Shown: positions 1 to 10,153, counted from the stretch's first letter. The stretch: 36,821 nucleotides of DNA from an uncultured Kaistella sp. (GCA_964433195.1 CAYSQR010000003.1:7281-44101); one strand, 5' to 3'. A program made the numbers and translations. Notes: generated by a model from the letters alone, not told the origin.

Positions 1-3000
1 CCGCTTTTTTTAGATGAAAATGATTACCGTGAAATCGAAAATAAATTAAAAAAAGACAGCATCGCAAAAAAGGTGGAGCAAAATTATACCGCACTGGTTT
101 CACCGACAAGTCTGGTTACGAAAGAATTCATCAAAAAAGATCCTCTCGGAATTTCGATGATGGGTTTGAAAAAACTTAATGCATTGAATATCAGTAATGA
201 TTTCAAATTAGAAAATAATTATGTAGTTACTAAAAACGGGAAAAATCTTCTTCTCTTTCTGGAACCGGAATTCGGAGGAAGCGAAACCAAAAACAACGAA
301 CCGTTTGTAAACCAACTCGATGAAATCCGCAATCAGCTGAACGAAGAATTTAAAGGAAAAACGGAAACGAGCTATTTCGGTTCACCGATGATTGCAGTTG
401 CAAATGCAAAACAAATCAAGAAAGACATTCAGAGTACGGTTCTGATTTCTACGGTGGTTTTGGTTTTGTTGCTGATTTTTTATTTCCGCAATTTTTTCAC
501 GCCGATTATTATTTTTATTCCGACGGTTTTCGGTGCAGCTGCAGCTTTGTTGGCGATGTTTTTCATTAAAGACAAAATCTCTGCAATTTCTTTGAGTGTA
601 AGTGCCATTTTGCTGGGAATTACGATAGATTATGCGATTCACATTCTCACTCATTTCAAGCATAATCATAATATCGAAGAGGTTTTCAAAGAAATCACAC
701 CGCCAATTGTCATCAGTTCCGCAACTACGGCGATTTCATTTCTTTGTTTGGTTTTCGTTCGTTCCGAAGCGTTGAAGGATTTGGGAATTTTTGCGTGTAT
801 TGCGGTTTTGTTGTCGGCATTTTTTTCGCTGGTCATCATTCCGCAGATTTACAATCCGAAAAATAATCCAAAAAAAATAAAACCTACTTTCATCGACAAA
901 ATCGGAGCGTATCCTTACGAAAAAAATAAATGGCTGATTATCATTTGTTCTCTTTTGATTTTCGTTTCTTTTTTTGGTTTCCGTCATATTAAATTCAATC
1001 AGAATATTAATGATTTGAATTATATTCCCAAAGAAATGAAAGACAACGAAGCCAAACTGGAAAAACTTTCAAACCTCGCTTCGAAATCAATTTACCTGGT
1101 TTCTTACGGGAATACAGAAGCAGAAGCTCTGGAAAAAAATACAAAACTTTTTAAATACCTGAACCGGGAAAAACAGGAGAACCGGATTTTGGATTTCAAT
1201 TCTGTCGGAGAAATCGTTCTTTCGGAAAAGGAGCAAAATGAAAAAATACAGCGTTGGAAAAGCTTCTGGTCAGAAAACCGAAAAGAAACCACACTTTCCG
1301 AGTTACAGCAAAACGGCAATAAATTCGGGTTCAACAGTTCCGCTTTCGAGAGTTTCCGGAAAATGCTGTACAAAGATTACAAACCATTGAACATTAATGA
1401 TTTCAAAAACCTGAAAGCACTTCAGCTCCAGGAATTTTTAAGCAAAGGAAACGGAATTTACACTGCTTCTACCATCGTAAAAATCGACGAAAAAAACCGG
1501 GATAGTTTCATTAAAAAAACCGAAAAAAACAATGAAGTGATGGCAATCGACCGGCAACAACTGAATGAAAATTTCCTGGGTCTTTTGAAAGATGATTTCA
1601 ATTCGCTGATAAATTATTCTTTGGTTGCGGTAATTCTTATTTTCATTTTGTTTTTCAGAAATGTGGATCTTACCATTTTGGCAACGATTCCTATTTTGCT
1701 TTCGGGAGTTGTTACCGCCGGAATTTTGTATTTTCTTGGTTTGGAACTCAATATTTTCAGTACGATTGTTTGTACGCTGATTTTCGGAGCGGGTGTAGAT
1801 TTCAATATTTTTCTTACACAAGCTCTTCAAAAAGAAATCACGACCGGAAAAAGCCAGCTTCCTCTTTATCGTGTTTCCATCATTCTGGCTTTATTGACGA
1901 CGGTTTTGGCGATTGGAGCATTGGTTTTCGCAAAACATCCTGCGTTGTATTCGGTTTCGGTGGTTGCTTTGATCGGGATGATTGCTGTTGTGATTATTTC
2001 TTTTGCGATGTATCCTTTGCTCTTCAATTTCGTAAAATACAGAACCCGAAAAGGACTTTCTCCGATTACGTTCAGAATATTTTTCCATTCTCTGATTTCC
2101 TTTACTTATTACGGATTAGGAGGTTTTGTGTTTTCGTTCATCGGACATTTCTTTGTTCCGAAATTAAAGAAAAACGGACTTTTACGATTGAAAAAAATGA
2201 TGGCTTTATTTCTGAAATCCGTACTTCTCACAAATCCTTTCGTGAAGAAAAGAGTCATTAATAATGTTAAAGAAAAGTTTGATAAACCTGCAATTATTAT
2301 TGCAAACCACACCTCTTTTTTAGATACTTTGACGATGGCTTTAGCTACTCATAAAGTAATTTATCTTGTAAACGATTGGGTTTATTCTTCCCCCGTTTTC
2401 GGAAAAATGGTAAGAGCTTTAGGGTTTTATCCCGTTTCTCAAGGTATTGAAAACGGAACCGAAAAGCTGAGAGAAAAAGTAAATCAGGGATTTTCTTTGG
2501 TGGTTTTTCCGGAAGCGAAACGTTCTCCGGATAATGATATAAGACGTTTTCATAAAGGTGCCTTTTTCCTCGCCGAAGAATTTGATCTGGATATTCTTCC
2601 GGTTTATATCCACGGAAATTCCGAAGTATTGCCAAGAAACGATTATATGAATTTCGATGGCTCGATGACGATAAAAATCGGCGAAAGAATTGATAAGAAC
2701 GATAAATCTTTCGGAACAAATTATTCAGAAAGAGCAAAAAAAACAAATGCCTTTTTCCGAAAAGAATTTGCCGAACTCCGAAACGAACTTGAAGATGAAA
2801 ACTATTTCAAAAAGAAACTTTTTCTTTCATTCCTGTACAAAGAAAATGAAGTTGTGAGTGCAGTAAAAAAAGATTTTAACCTTAATAAAAAAGATTATTT
2901 CGAGCTCAATTCTCATATCGGTAAAGATGAAATTATTCTTCATATTTCTTCGGATTTCGGACAAAAAGATGTGCTTCTCACGCTTCAGCAAGCAGGAAGA

Positions 3001-3276
3001 ACGATTTACAGCTTCAATTCCGACAAAGAAAAAAGAGAAATTTCAAAACAGAATTATCTCGTAAAATGCAGAAAAATTTTCTATATTGACGAGTTTTCCG
3101 AAATCCGCAAAAAACCCGATGTATTACTAATTTCCGATAAAAACTTCAATTGGGCGAAACTTACTGTTCTTCCCGAAAAGATTATCTTTTTCGATACAGA
3201 ACCTTTTTTCCCTGAAAACACCCCATATCATTTAAAAGCTAAAAACAACAAAATTATCATTTATACCATTCATTAA
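1..3276 (+). CDS. MMPL/RND-family exporter fused to a PlsC-like acyltransferase and a degenerate methyltransferase-like C-terminal domain (5'-truncated by window edge)
   Basis: Frame is open from base 1 (PLFLDENDY...), so the start lies upstream. Two hydrophobic TM bundles with GITIDY and GAGVDF MMPL motifs; NHTSFLD (HX4D) and FPEAKRS PlsC motifs. Confidence 0.88.
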   Translation, partial: PLFLDENDYREIENKLKKDSIAKKVEQNYTALVSPTSLVTKEFIKKDPLGISMMGLKKLNALNISNDFKLENNYVVTKNGKNLLLFLEPEFGGSETKNNEPFVNQLDEIRNQLNEEFKGKTETSYFGSPMIAVANAKQIKKDIQSTVLISTVVLVLLLIFYFRNFFTPIIIFIPTVFGAAAALLAMFFIKDKISAISLSVSAILLGITIDYAIHILTHFKHNHNIEEVFKEITPPIVISSATTAISFLCLVFVRSEALKDLGIFACIAVLLSAFFSLVIIPQIYNPKNNPKKIKPTFIDKIGAYPYEKNKWLIIICSLLIFVSFFGFRHIKFNQNINDLNYIPKEMKDNEAKLEKLSNLASKSIYLVSYGNTEAEALEKNTKLFKYLNREKQENRILDFNSVGEIVLSEKEQNEKIQRWKSFWSENRKETTLSELQQNGNKFGFNSSAFESFRKMLYKDYKPLNINDFKNLKALQLQEFLSKGNGIYTASTIVKIDEKNRDSFIKKTEKNNEVMAIDRQQLNENFLGLLKDDFNSLINYSLVAVILIFILFFRNVDLTILATIPILLSGVVTAGILYFLGLELNIFSTIVCTLIFGAGVDFNIFLTQALQKEITTGKSQLPLYRVSIILALLTTVLAIGALVFAKHPALYSVSVVALIGMIAVVIISFAMYPLLFNFVKYRTRKGLSPITFRIFFHSLISFTYYGLGGFVFSFIGHFFVPKLKKNGLLRLKKMMALFLKSVLLTNPFVKKRVINNVKEKFDKPAIIIANHTSFLDTLTMALATHKVIYLVNDWVYSSPVFGKMVRALGFYPVSQGIENGTEKLREKVNQGFSLVVFPEAKRSPDNDIRRFHKGAFFLAEEFDLDILPVYIHGNSEVLPRNDYMNFDGSMTIKIGERIDKNDKSFGTNYSERAKKTNAFFRKEFAELRNELEDENYFKKKLFLSFLYKENEVVSAVKKDFNLNKKDYFELNSHIGKDEIILHISSDFGQKDVLLTLQQAGRTIYSFNSDKEKREISKQNYLVKCRKIFYIDEFSEIRKKPDVLLISDKNFNWAKLTVLPEKIIFFDTEPFFPENTPYHLKAKNNKIIIYTIH

Positions 3277-3284
3277 TTTTTTGA

Positions 3285-3292
3285 TAATTTTG
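3285..3292 (+). promoter_or_regulatory. Candidate Bacteroidota -7 promoter box for darA
   Basis: TAATTTTG matches TAnnTTTG, followed by CAC, 18 nt before the darA ATG. No clear TTTG -33 element. Confidence 0.45.
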
Positions 3293-3310
3293 CACCAAGA
3301 ACATAAGAGA

Positions 3311-4216
3311 ATGTCCAAAAATATACTCGTTACTTATTACTCGCAAACCGGACAATTAGAAGAAATCGTAAAGAATATTTCTAAAATTTTCGAGGATAAA
3401 AAAGAGGAATTTACCGTAACTTATTACGAAATAAAAATGAAGGAAGATTTCGCTTTCCCGTGGAAAAGTGAAGTTTTTTACAACACTTTTCCCGAATCTT
3501 ATTTGCAGATTCCGGGTGAAATTTTGCCGCCTCCGGAAAATGTTCTCAACCAAAAATATGACCTGGTTATTTTCGGTTATCAGGTTTGGTTTCTCACTCC
3601 TTCTATTCCGATTATATCTTTTCTGAAAAGCAAATATGCCGGAAAAATTTTAGAAAACACACCTCTTATTACCGTTTCGGGAACACGAAATATGTGGATG
3701 CTTTCTCAGGAAAAACTGAAAGTTCATTTCAAAAACCTGAAAGTACAATTGGTAGGAAACATTGCATTGGTGGATCGTCACAACAATTACACCAGTGTAA
3801 TCACGATTCTGAACTGGCTTCAAACCGGAAAAAAAGAACAGCGAAAACCATTACCAAACGCAGGAGTTTCCGATGAGGAAATTGTGGGTGCAACAAAATA
3901 CGGAAAAATTATTCTTCCCTATCTCGAAAAAGAAAACTTTGATGGAATGCAGCAGGAACTCGTGAAAAACGGAGCGGTAGAAATCCGACCTTTTCTCCTC
4001 AAAGTAGAACGCGTCGGAAACAAGCTGTTCACGGTGTTTTCAAACATTATTATTAAAAATAAAGAAAAAAGAAAATTCTGGGTCGGTGTATATAAATTTT
4101 ATTTATTTTTCGCCATTTGGATTGTTTCTCCGATTGTATTATTTTTTTTCACTATTTTAACGCCGTTTTTTTGGCACAAAAGACAAAAAGACATCAAATA
4201 TTTTCAAGGAATTTAA
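3311..4216 (+). CDS. darA: Dialkylresorcinol condensing enzyme DarA
   Basis: Flavodoxin-like start ILVTYYSQTGQL, FPW and YQVWFL..S.P motifs, RNMW; directly upstream of a KS III. ATG 3311 preferred over TTG 3281. Confidence 0.88.
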   Translation: MSKNILVTYYSQTGQLEEIVKNISKIFEDKKEEFTVTYYEIKMKEDFAFPWKSEVFYNTFPESYLQIPGEILPPPENVLNQKYDLVIFGYQVWFLTPSIPIISFLKSKYAGKILENTPLITVSGTRNMWMLSQEKLKVHFKNLKVQLVGNIALVDRHNNYTSVITILNWLQTGKKEQRKPLPNAGVSDEEIVGATKYGKIILPYLEKENFDGMQQELVKNGAVEIRPFLLKVERVGNKLFTVFSNIIIKNKEKRKFWVGVYKFYLFFAIWIVSPIVLFFFTILTPFFWHKRQKDIKYFQGI

Positions 4217-4232
4217 AATATAACCATCTATA

Positions 4233-5372
4233 ATGAACGAAGTATTTATTACAAAATCATCTGTTTTTCTTCCGAATCAGCCGATACAAAATGATGAAAT
4301 GGAAGATTATCTCGGATTGATAAACGGAAAACCATCCAAAGCAAGATCTTTAATTCTAAGAAACAACGGAATTAAAACCAGATATTACGCTTTAGACAAA
4401 AACGGAAAACCTACGCATTCCAATGCCGAAATTACCGCTAAAGCAATCGAAGGACTTTTCGATGAAAATTTCAGTAAAGACGATTTGCAGCTGATTTCGT
4501 GCGGAACAACTTCTGCCGATCAAATCCAGCCATCTCACTCTTCTATGGTTCACGGATTGCTGAACAACGGAAAATCCATTGAAATCAATACTTCTACAGG
4601 ACTTTGCAACGCCGGAATGAATGCTTTCAATTATGCCTTTCTTTCGGTAAAAGCAGGAACGATAGACAATGCTGTTTGTGCAGGTTCCGAAAGAATCTCT
4701 TCCTGGATGACTGCAGACAAATTCAGCCACGAAGTAGAAAACCTGAAATTGCTCGAAGAAAAACCCATCGTCGCTTTCAAAAGAGAATTTCTCCGTTGGA
4801 TGCTTTCAGACGGAGCAGGAGCTTTTTTGCTGCAAAACAAACCGAGAAAAAACGAAATCAATTTGCGGGTAGAATTTATCGACTTTTATTCTTATGCCCA
4901 CGAAATAGAAACCTGTATGTATTCCGGTGCGGAAAAGCAGGAAGACGGAAGTTTGAAATCCTGGTCGGATTATCCTACTGACGAATGGCTGAAAGAATCC
5001 ATCTTCGCATTAAAGCAGGATACACGACTTTTGGACGAATTCATCCTGAAAAAAGGAGCACAATCTTTAAGAGCATCTTTCGATAAGCACAACCTGAATC
5101 CCGATGATATGGATCACGTTTTGGCACACATTTCCTCCAACTATTTCAAACAGGGACTGAAAGATGAATTTGCTGCTGTAGGTTTGGATTTTCCTTGGGA
5201 AAAATGGTTTTATAATCTTTCCGAAATAGGAAATATCGGTGCAGGTTCCATCTTTGTTGCAACTGCAGAATTGATGAATTCGGGGAAACTGAAAAAAGGA
5301 GAAAAAGTTTTGCTCTGCATTCCGGAAAGCGGAAGATTTGCTTATTCCTGTGCATTGCTTACCGTTTGCTGA
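4233..5372 (+). CDS. darB: Beta-ketoacyl-ACP synthase III, DarB type
   Basis: Cys (GLCNAG), His (AHISS), Asn (GNIGAG); FLRWMLSDGAGA and PESGRF motifs; adjacent to darA. Confidence 0.88.
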   Translation: MNEVFITKSSVFLPNQPIQNDEMEDYLGLINGKPSKARSLILRNNGIKTRYYALDKNGKPTHSNAEITAKAIEGLFDENFSKDDLQLISCGTTSADQIQPSHSSMVHGLLNNGKSIEINTSTGLCNAGMNAFNYAFLSVKAGTIDNAVCAGSERISSWMTADKFSHEVENLKLLEEKPIVAFKREFLRWMLSDGAGAFLLQNKPRKNEINLRVEFIDFYSYAHEIETCMYSGAEKQEDGSLKSWSDYPTDEWLKESIFALKQDTRLLDEFILKKGAQSLRASFDKHNLNPDDMDHVLAHISSNYFKQGLKDEFAAVGLDFPWEKWFYNLSEIGNIGAGSIFVATAELMNSGKLKKGEKVLLCIPESGRFAYSCALLTVC

Positions 5373-5803
5373 TGAAAATAAATTTACCTACTTCCGACTG
5401 TGAATTTGTGGAAACTTTGATTCCGCAAAAAAAACCTTTCGTAATGATAGATTCTCTGCTTTCGTTCACTGAAAGTACTGTGAAATCTGCTTTTACGCCG
5501 AAAGAAAATAATATTTTCTTGCAGAACGGGATTTTTCAGGCAGCAGGAATTTTGGAACATCAAGCACAAAGTGTAGCTTTACATACCGGTTATCAGTTCT
5601 ATCTTTTCGAAAAAGAAGCTCCTGTAGGTTACATCGGAGCGGTGAAATTTTTTGAAGTTCAAAATTTACCGAAACTAAACGAAAAGCTGATTACCGAAGT
5701 GGAAATCCTTGAGGAATTAATGGGAGTTACTTTAGTAAAAACAATGACCAAAACCGGCGACAGAATTATTGCAACCTCAGAAATGAAAACCGTATTGAAA
5801 TAA
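5372..5803 (+). CDS. Hotdog-fold acyl-ACP dehydratase subunit (ApeP-like)
   Basis: LIPQKKPFVMID and LEHQAQ motifs; ATG overlaps the darB stop (TGATG). Confidence 0.7.
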   Translation: MKINLPTSDCEFVETLIPQKKPFVMIDSLLSFTESTVKSAFTPKENNIFLQNGIFQAAGILEHQAQSVALHTGYQFYLFEKEAPVGYIGAVKFFEVQNLPKLNEKLITEVEILEELMGVTLVKTMTKTGDRIIATSEMKTVLK

Positions 5804-5835
5804 ATGATAGTCTCTGTTTTATTAATTAAAAATCT

Positions 5836-6279
5836 TTGGAACATAAAAAAAATTTCGACGTAAATATTCAGGATTATCTTCCGCATCGAAATCCGATGTT
5901 GATGGTCGATACGGTTTTAAACATTAATAAAGATAAAGCCGAAACAAAATTCTTAATTAAAAAAGAGAATATTTTTGTTTATGAAAATGAATTTTCCGAA
6001 GCCGGACTGATTGAAAATATTGCACAAACCTGTTCCGCAATTGTAGGACAAAAATTTTTTGAAGACGAAAATTCAGAGGTAAAGCTCATCGGTTTCATTA
6101 CCAATATCAAAAAAATTAATGTTTATCATCTTCCAAAAGTCGGCGAAGAAATTATTACCAAAGCAAAATTAGTATCACAATATGAAAATATTTGTAATAT
6201 TGTCTGTCAAACTTTTCTCGGTGAAAATTTACTGATTGATGCAGAAATCAATCTCTTCATCAAAGAAATAGAGCCGTAA
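5836..6279 (+). CDS. Hotdog-fold acyl-ACP dehydratase subunit (ApeP-like), paralogue of upstream gene
   Basis: LPHRNPMLMVD and LIENIAQ motifs; TTG start. Confidence 0.7.
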   Translation: MEHKKNFDVNIQDYLPHRNPMLMVDTVLNINKDKAETKFLIKKENIFVYENEFSEAGLIENIAQTCSAIVGQKFFEDENSEVKLIGFITNIKKINVYHLPKVGEEIITKAKLVSQYENICNIVCQTFLGENLLIDAEINLFIKEIEP

Positions 6280-6318
6280 AAAGAGTGTTCGTATTTTCCG
6301 TAAACCGAAAAATAACTT

Positions 6319-6726
6319 ATGAAAAAACAGGATCTTCCGCAAGATGAAAGCAATCTGAAAACCGCAAATATGACCGAAGTAGTATATGTTACGGATGAAA
6401 ATGATAATTACACTACTGCAAACAGCATCGGTTGGGAAGCGAAAAAACTCGCATTGGAAGAATCTCTGGAACTCATCAATGAAAGAATAGAAGGTGCGAG
6501 AAAAGATGTTGTAAAAGGGATTTCGAGTCCGATTGCCTATTTTATGGAAAAAAATAAAATGGATTTGGGAGTACTTTCTGCGTATGTAGGAATCTGGAGT
6601 TTTTTTGTAAAAAGACACCTGAAACCAAAAGTATTTAAAAAACTAAAAATCAGAACATTGGAAAAATATGCGAAAGCTTTTGAAATCACTGTTGATGAAC
6701 TGAAAAATTTTGACGGAAAACAATGA
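6319..6726 (+). CDS. Conserved hypothetical protein with an XRE-HTH-like C-terminus
   Basis: 135 aa; C-terminal TLEKYAKAFEITVDELK resembles XRE-family helices; stop overlaps the next ATG (ATGA). Confidence 0.55.
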   Translation: MKKQDLPQDESNLKTANMTEVVYVTDENDNYTTANSIGWEAKKLALEESLELINERIEGARKDVVKGISSPIAYFMEKNKMDLGVLSAYVGIWSFFVKRHLKPKVFKKLKIRTLEKYAKAFEITVDELKNFDGKQ

Positions 6727-7718
6727 AAGTAAATTTTGAACATCATCAAACCGCACACTGCGAAAACGGAGTCGCATCCAACCTGCTCAGAAACAAAGGG
6801 ATAGAAATAAGCGAGCCTATGATTTTCGGAATCGGTTCCGGTTTGTTCTTTGTTTATCTGCCTTTTCTGAAAGTGAATTTTGCACCGGGTTTCAGTTACC
6901 GACCAATGCCGGGAACGATTTTTTCCAAAGCAGCAAAACGTTTGGGAATTAAAATTAAAAGAGAGAAATTCTCCAATCCCAAAGAAGCACAACTCGCTTT
7001 GGAAAAAAACCTAAAACAAAATATTCCGACCGGACTTCAAGTCGGGGTTTTCAATCTTACTTATTTTCCCGAAGAATATAAATTTCATTTCAATGCCCAT
7101 AATTTAGTTGTTTACGGAAAAGAAAACAACCAATTCCTGATCAGCGATCCTGTAATGGATTTTACCACTACTTTATCCGAATCCGAACTGGAAAAGGTGA
7201 GATACGCAAAAGGTGCACTTGCTCCGAAAGGTCATATGTACTATCCGGTTTTCGTACCCGAAAAACCGGAACTGGAAGAAGCCATAAAAAAAGGAATCCG
7301 GGAAACCTGCAACAGAATGCTTGCTCCTGTTCCGATAATCGGAGTGAAAGCAATTCGGTGGGTTGCGAAAAGTATCCCGAAATGGGCAGAAAAAAAAGGA
7401 GCAAAAAAAACCAATCACTATTTGGGACAACTTATCCGGATGCAGGAAGAAATCGGAACCGGAGGTGGTGGTTTTCGGTTTATTTACGGTGCATTTCTTC
7501 AGGAAGCTGCGGATATTCTCCATAATGAAAAGCTAAGAGAACTCTCGAAAGAAATTACCGCAATCGGCGATTTATGGCGGGATTTGGCGGTTGATATTGC
7601 AAGGGTTTATAAAAACAGAAACACCAAAAGTAATACTTATGAAGACCTTTCAAAATCAATGCTTCATATCGCAGATTTGGAAGAAGCATTTTATAAGAAA
7701 TTGAAAAAAGTGATTTAG
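6723..7718 (+). CDS. BtrH-like protein (papain/C39-like fold), putative ACP-dependent acyltransferase
   Basis: Cys (AHCENG), His (NAHNLVVYG), Asp (ISDP) triad pattern; MIFGIGSG and EIGTGGGGFR motifs. Confidence 0.75.
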   Translation: MKVNFEHHQTAHCENGVASNLLRNKGIEISEPMIFGIGSGLFFVYLPFLKVNFAPGFSYRPMPGTIFSKAAKRLGIKIKREKFSNPKEAQLALEKNLKQNIPTGLQVGVFNLTYFPEEYKFHFNAHNLVVYGKENNQFLISDPVMDFTTTLSESELEKVRYAKGALAPKGHMYYPVFVPEKPELEEAIKKGIRETCNRMLAPVPIIGVKAIRWVAKSIPKWAEKKGAKKTNHYLGQLIRMQEEIGTGGGGFRFIYGAFLQEAADILHNEKLRELSKEITAIGDLWRDLAVDIARVYKNRNTKSNTYEDLSKSMLHIADLEEAFYKKLKKVI

Positions 7719-7719
7719 A

Positions 7720-8472
7720 ATGAATGACTTCATAGAAATAGATAGCCTTTACAAGAAATACAAAAACAACGACGATTTTTCGGTTAATAATATTTCTTTA
7801 AAAATCGGAGAAAACGAAATATTCGGAATTCTGGGTCCGAATGGAGCCGGAAAAACCACTCTTATTTCTATGCTTTGCGGATTGGTAAAACCAACTTCGG
7901 GAACTTACAAAATCAACCGGCTTTCCCCGAAAAATACAAAAACGGAAATACAAAAACAAATCGGAATCGTTCCGCAGGAATATGCACTTTATCCTACTTT
8001 GACCGCCAAAGAAAACCTGATGTTTTTCGGAAGCTTATACGGATTAAAGCATAAAATACTTCATCAAAAAATAGAATCCGCTCTCGAAAGAGTGGGACTT
8101 TCCGGTTTTTCGGACAGGAAAATCGATAATTTTTCGGGCGGGATGAAACGCCGCTGTAATCTCGTTGCGGGAATCCTTCACGAACCGAAAGTTCTGTTCC
8201 TCGACGAACCTACAGTAGGAGTTGATGTACAATCACGAAATGTGATTATCGAATACCTTCAGGAACTCAACCAAAACGGAACCACCATTATTTATACTTC
8301 CCATCATTTGGCGGAAGCGGAAGAATTCTGTACTAAAATCGCCATCATCGATCACGGAAAAATTTTCGCCATCGGAAGTCCCGAAGAATTGATTGCACAA
8401 ACTGAAAACGCAAAAAACCTAGAAGACGTTTTCATTGCTTTAACCGGAAAAGAACTTCGTGATGCGGTATAA
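7720..8472 (+). CDS. ABC transporter ATP-binding protein
   Basis: Walker A GPNGAGKT, signature FSGGMKRR, Walker B LFLDEP, H-loop SHH. Confidence 0.95.
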   Translation: MNDFIEIDSLYKKYKNNDDFSVNNISLKIGENEIFGILGPNGAGKTTLISMLCGLVKPTSGTYKINRLSPKNTKTEIQKQIGIVPQEYALYPTLTAKENLMFFGSLYGLKHKILHQKIESALERVGLSGFSDRKIDNFSGGMKRRCNLVAGILHEPKVLFLDEPTVGVDVQSRNVIIEYLQELNQNGTTIIYTSHHLAEAEEFCTKIAIIDHGKIFAIGSPEELIAQTENAKNLEDVFIALTGKELRDAV

Positions 8473-9736
8473 ACTTTGGAGAGCCATCTGGAAAGAAATC
8501 CTTTTGCTGAAAAGGGACATCGGCGGAATTGTCATCATTTTCGTAATGCCGCTGGTTTTGATTATCACCATTACTTTAATTCAGGATTCGTCTTTCAAAA
8601 CTCTGGAAGGATCGAAGCTCCCGATGATTTTAGTCGATCACGACAAAGGCGAAGTTTCGCAAACCATCATTGATGAATTAAAGACAGGAAACACTTTCGA
8701 GATCGTCGCTAAAAACTACGATGAAAATTCAGCAAAAAATGCGGTTTTCAACGGGGAATATCAATTGGCAATCGTGATTCCCGAAAATTTATCGAGGGAT
8801 TTGAACAGCAATATCGACCAGAAAGTTGAAGCCATCGTAAGTTCATTTGGTGTGGAAGTTCCGGAAAAATCAGAAAAAAAAATCACGAAAACTCCCGAAA
8901 ACAAAGAAATCCATCTCTATTTCGATCCTGCAACAAATCCCGGTTTCAAAAGCGGAATCATCAATACGGTGGACAAAATGGTTTTCAAGATCGAGAACAA
9001 AAAAATCTACAAAGCATTTCAGGAACAGCTCGGAACCGGAGAAGATTTGGAACAAGACAAGAATTTCATCACTTATAAAGAAATCGTTCCGAAATCAGGT
9101 GACAAAGAAATTCTTCCGAATTCCGTGCAGCACAATGTTCCAGCGTGGGCTCTTTTTGCAATATTTTTCATCGTGGTTCCGCTTTCGATTAATTTGGTGA
9201 AAGAAAAAAACCAGGGAACGATAATCCGTTTAAATTCCAGTCCAACTCCATATTTCATTCACGTTTTGGGAAAAACTTTCACGTATCTTATCATTTGTCT
9301 GATTCAGTTTTTATTGATGGTTGCAGTGGGAGTTTATCTTTTTCCGTTCTTCGATTTACCAGTTTTCGAGGTTTCCGGAAAATTATTACCGATGCTTTTC
9401 GTTACTTTTTTTGCAGGATTGGGAGCAATCGGTTTCGGAGTTTTGTTGGGAACTTTAGCAGATACACAGGAACAATCGGCTCCTTTCGGTGCAACTTCGG
9501 TGGTGATTTTGGCGGCAATCGGCGGAATTTGGGTTCCTGTTTTTATGATGCCCGAATTTATGCAGACCGTTTCCAAGTTTTCCCCGATGAATTGGGGACT
9601 GAATGCTTATTACGACATCATCCTGAGAAACAGTTCCGCTTTCGGAGTTTTAAAATATTGCGGATTGCTGCTTTTCTTTTATATGGTGATGGTTTCGATA
9701 GCTTTAATTTACGAAAAGAAAAAAAATGCGTCCTGA
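8462..9736 (+). CDS. ABC-2 type exporter permease
   Basis: N-terminal TM helix, large periplasmic loop, C-terminal TM bundle; overlaps the ATPase gene end. Alternative GTG start at 8459. Confidence 0.88.
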   Translation: MRYKLWRAIWKEILLLKRDIGGIVIIFVMPLVLIITITLIQDSSFKTLEGSKLPMILVDHDKGEVSQTIIDELKTGNTFEIVAKNYDENSAKNAVFNGEYQLAIVIPENLSRDLNSNIDQKVEAIVSSFGVEVPEKSEKKITKTPENKEIHLYFDPATNPGFKSGIINTVDKMVFKIENKKIYKAFQEQLGTGEDLEQDKNFITYKEIVPKSGDKEILPNSVQHNVPAWALFAIFFIVVPLSINLVKEKNQGTIIRLNSSPTPYFIHVLGKTFTYLIICLIQFLLMVAVGVYLFPFFDLPVFEVSGKLLPMLFVTFFAGLGAIGFGVLLGTLADTQEQSAPFGATSVVILAAIGGIWVPVFMMPEFMQTVSKFSPMNWGLNAYYDIILRNSSAFGVLKYCGLLLFFYMVMVSIALIYEKKKNAS

Positions 9737-10148
9737 AAAAGAATTGAAATTTACAGAAAATGTAAGAGTACGATTTAATGAAACCGATCCTTTGGGAATT
9801 GTTTGGCACGGTCATTATATCGTGTATTTTGAAGACGGAAGAGAAGCGTTCGGAAGAAATTTCGGGATCTCTTACCTCGATGTGCAAAAAGCGGGTTACA
9901 TAACTCCGATTGTGAAAAGTACCTGCGAACATTTTCTGCCACTGAAATACGGAGAAACTTTCAGAATCGAAACCACCTTCGTAAACGCAGCTTCTGCAAA
10001 AATGATTTTTAAATACGAACTTTTCAATGAAGCCAATCAACTCGTTTGTTCAGGCGAAACGGTTCAGGTGTTTCTGGATTCCGAAAATAATTTACAACTC
10101 TACAATCCCGAATTTTTCCAAAAGTGGAAAAACAAAATGGGGCTTTAA
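9726..10148 (+). CDS. Acyl-CoA/ACP thioesterase (4HBT/YbgC family, ApeK-like)
   Basis: VRFNETDPLGIVWHGHY..YFEDGRE motif. Confidence 0.88.
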   Translation: MRPEKELKFTENVRVRFNETDPLGIVWHGHYIVYFEDGREAFGRNFGISYLDVQKAGYITPIVKSTCEHFLPLKYGETFRIETTFVNAASAKMIFKYELFNEANQLVCSGETVQVFLDSENNLQLYNPEFFQKWKNKMGL

Positions 10149-10153
10149 TCCGG

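Noticed and set aside
5804..5863. 19-codon ORF (MIVSVLLIKNLWNIKKIST) starting right after the first dehydratase stop, or a frameshifted start of the second
   Set aside because: The second dehydratase is complete from TTG 5836 and matches its paralogue in length; the peptide has no support.
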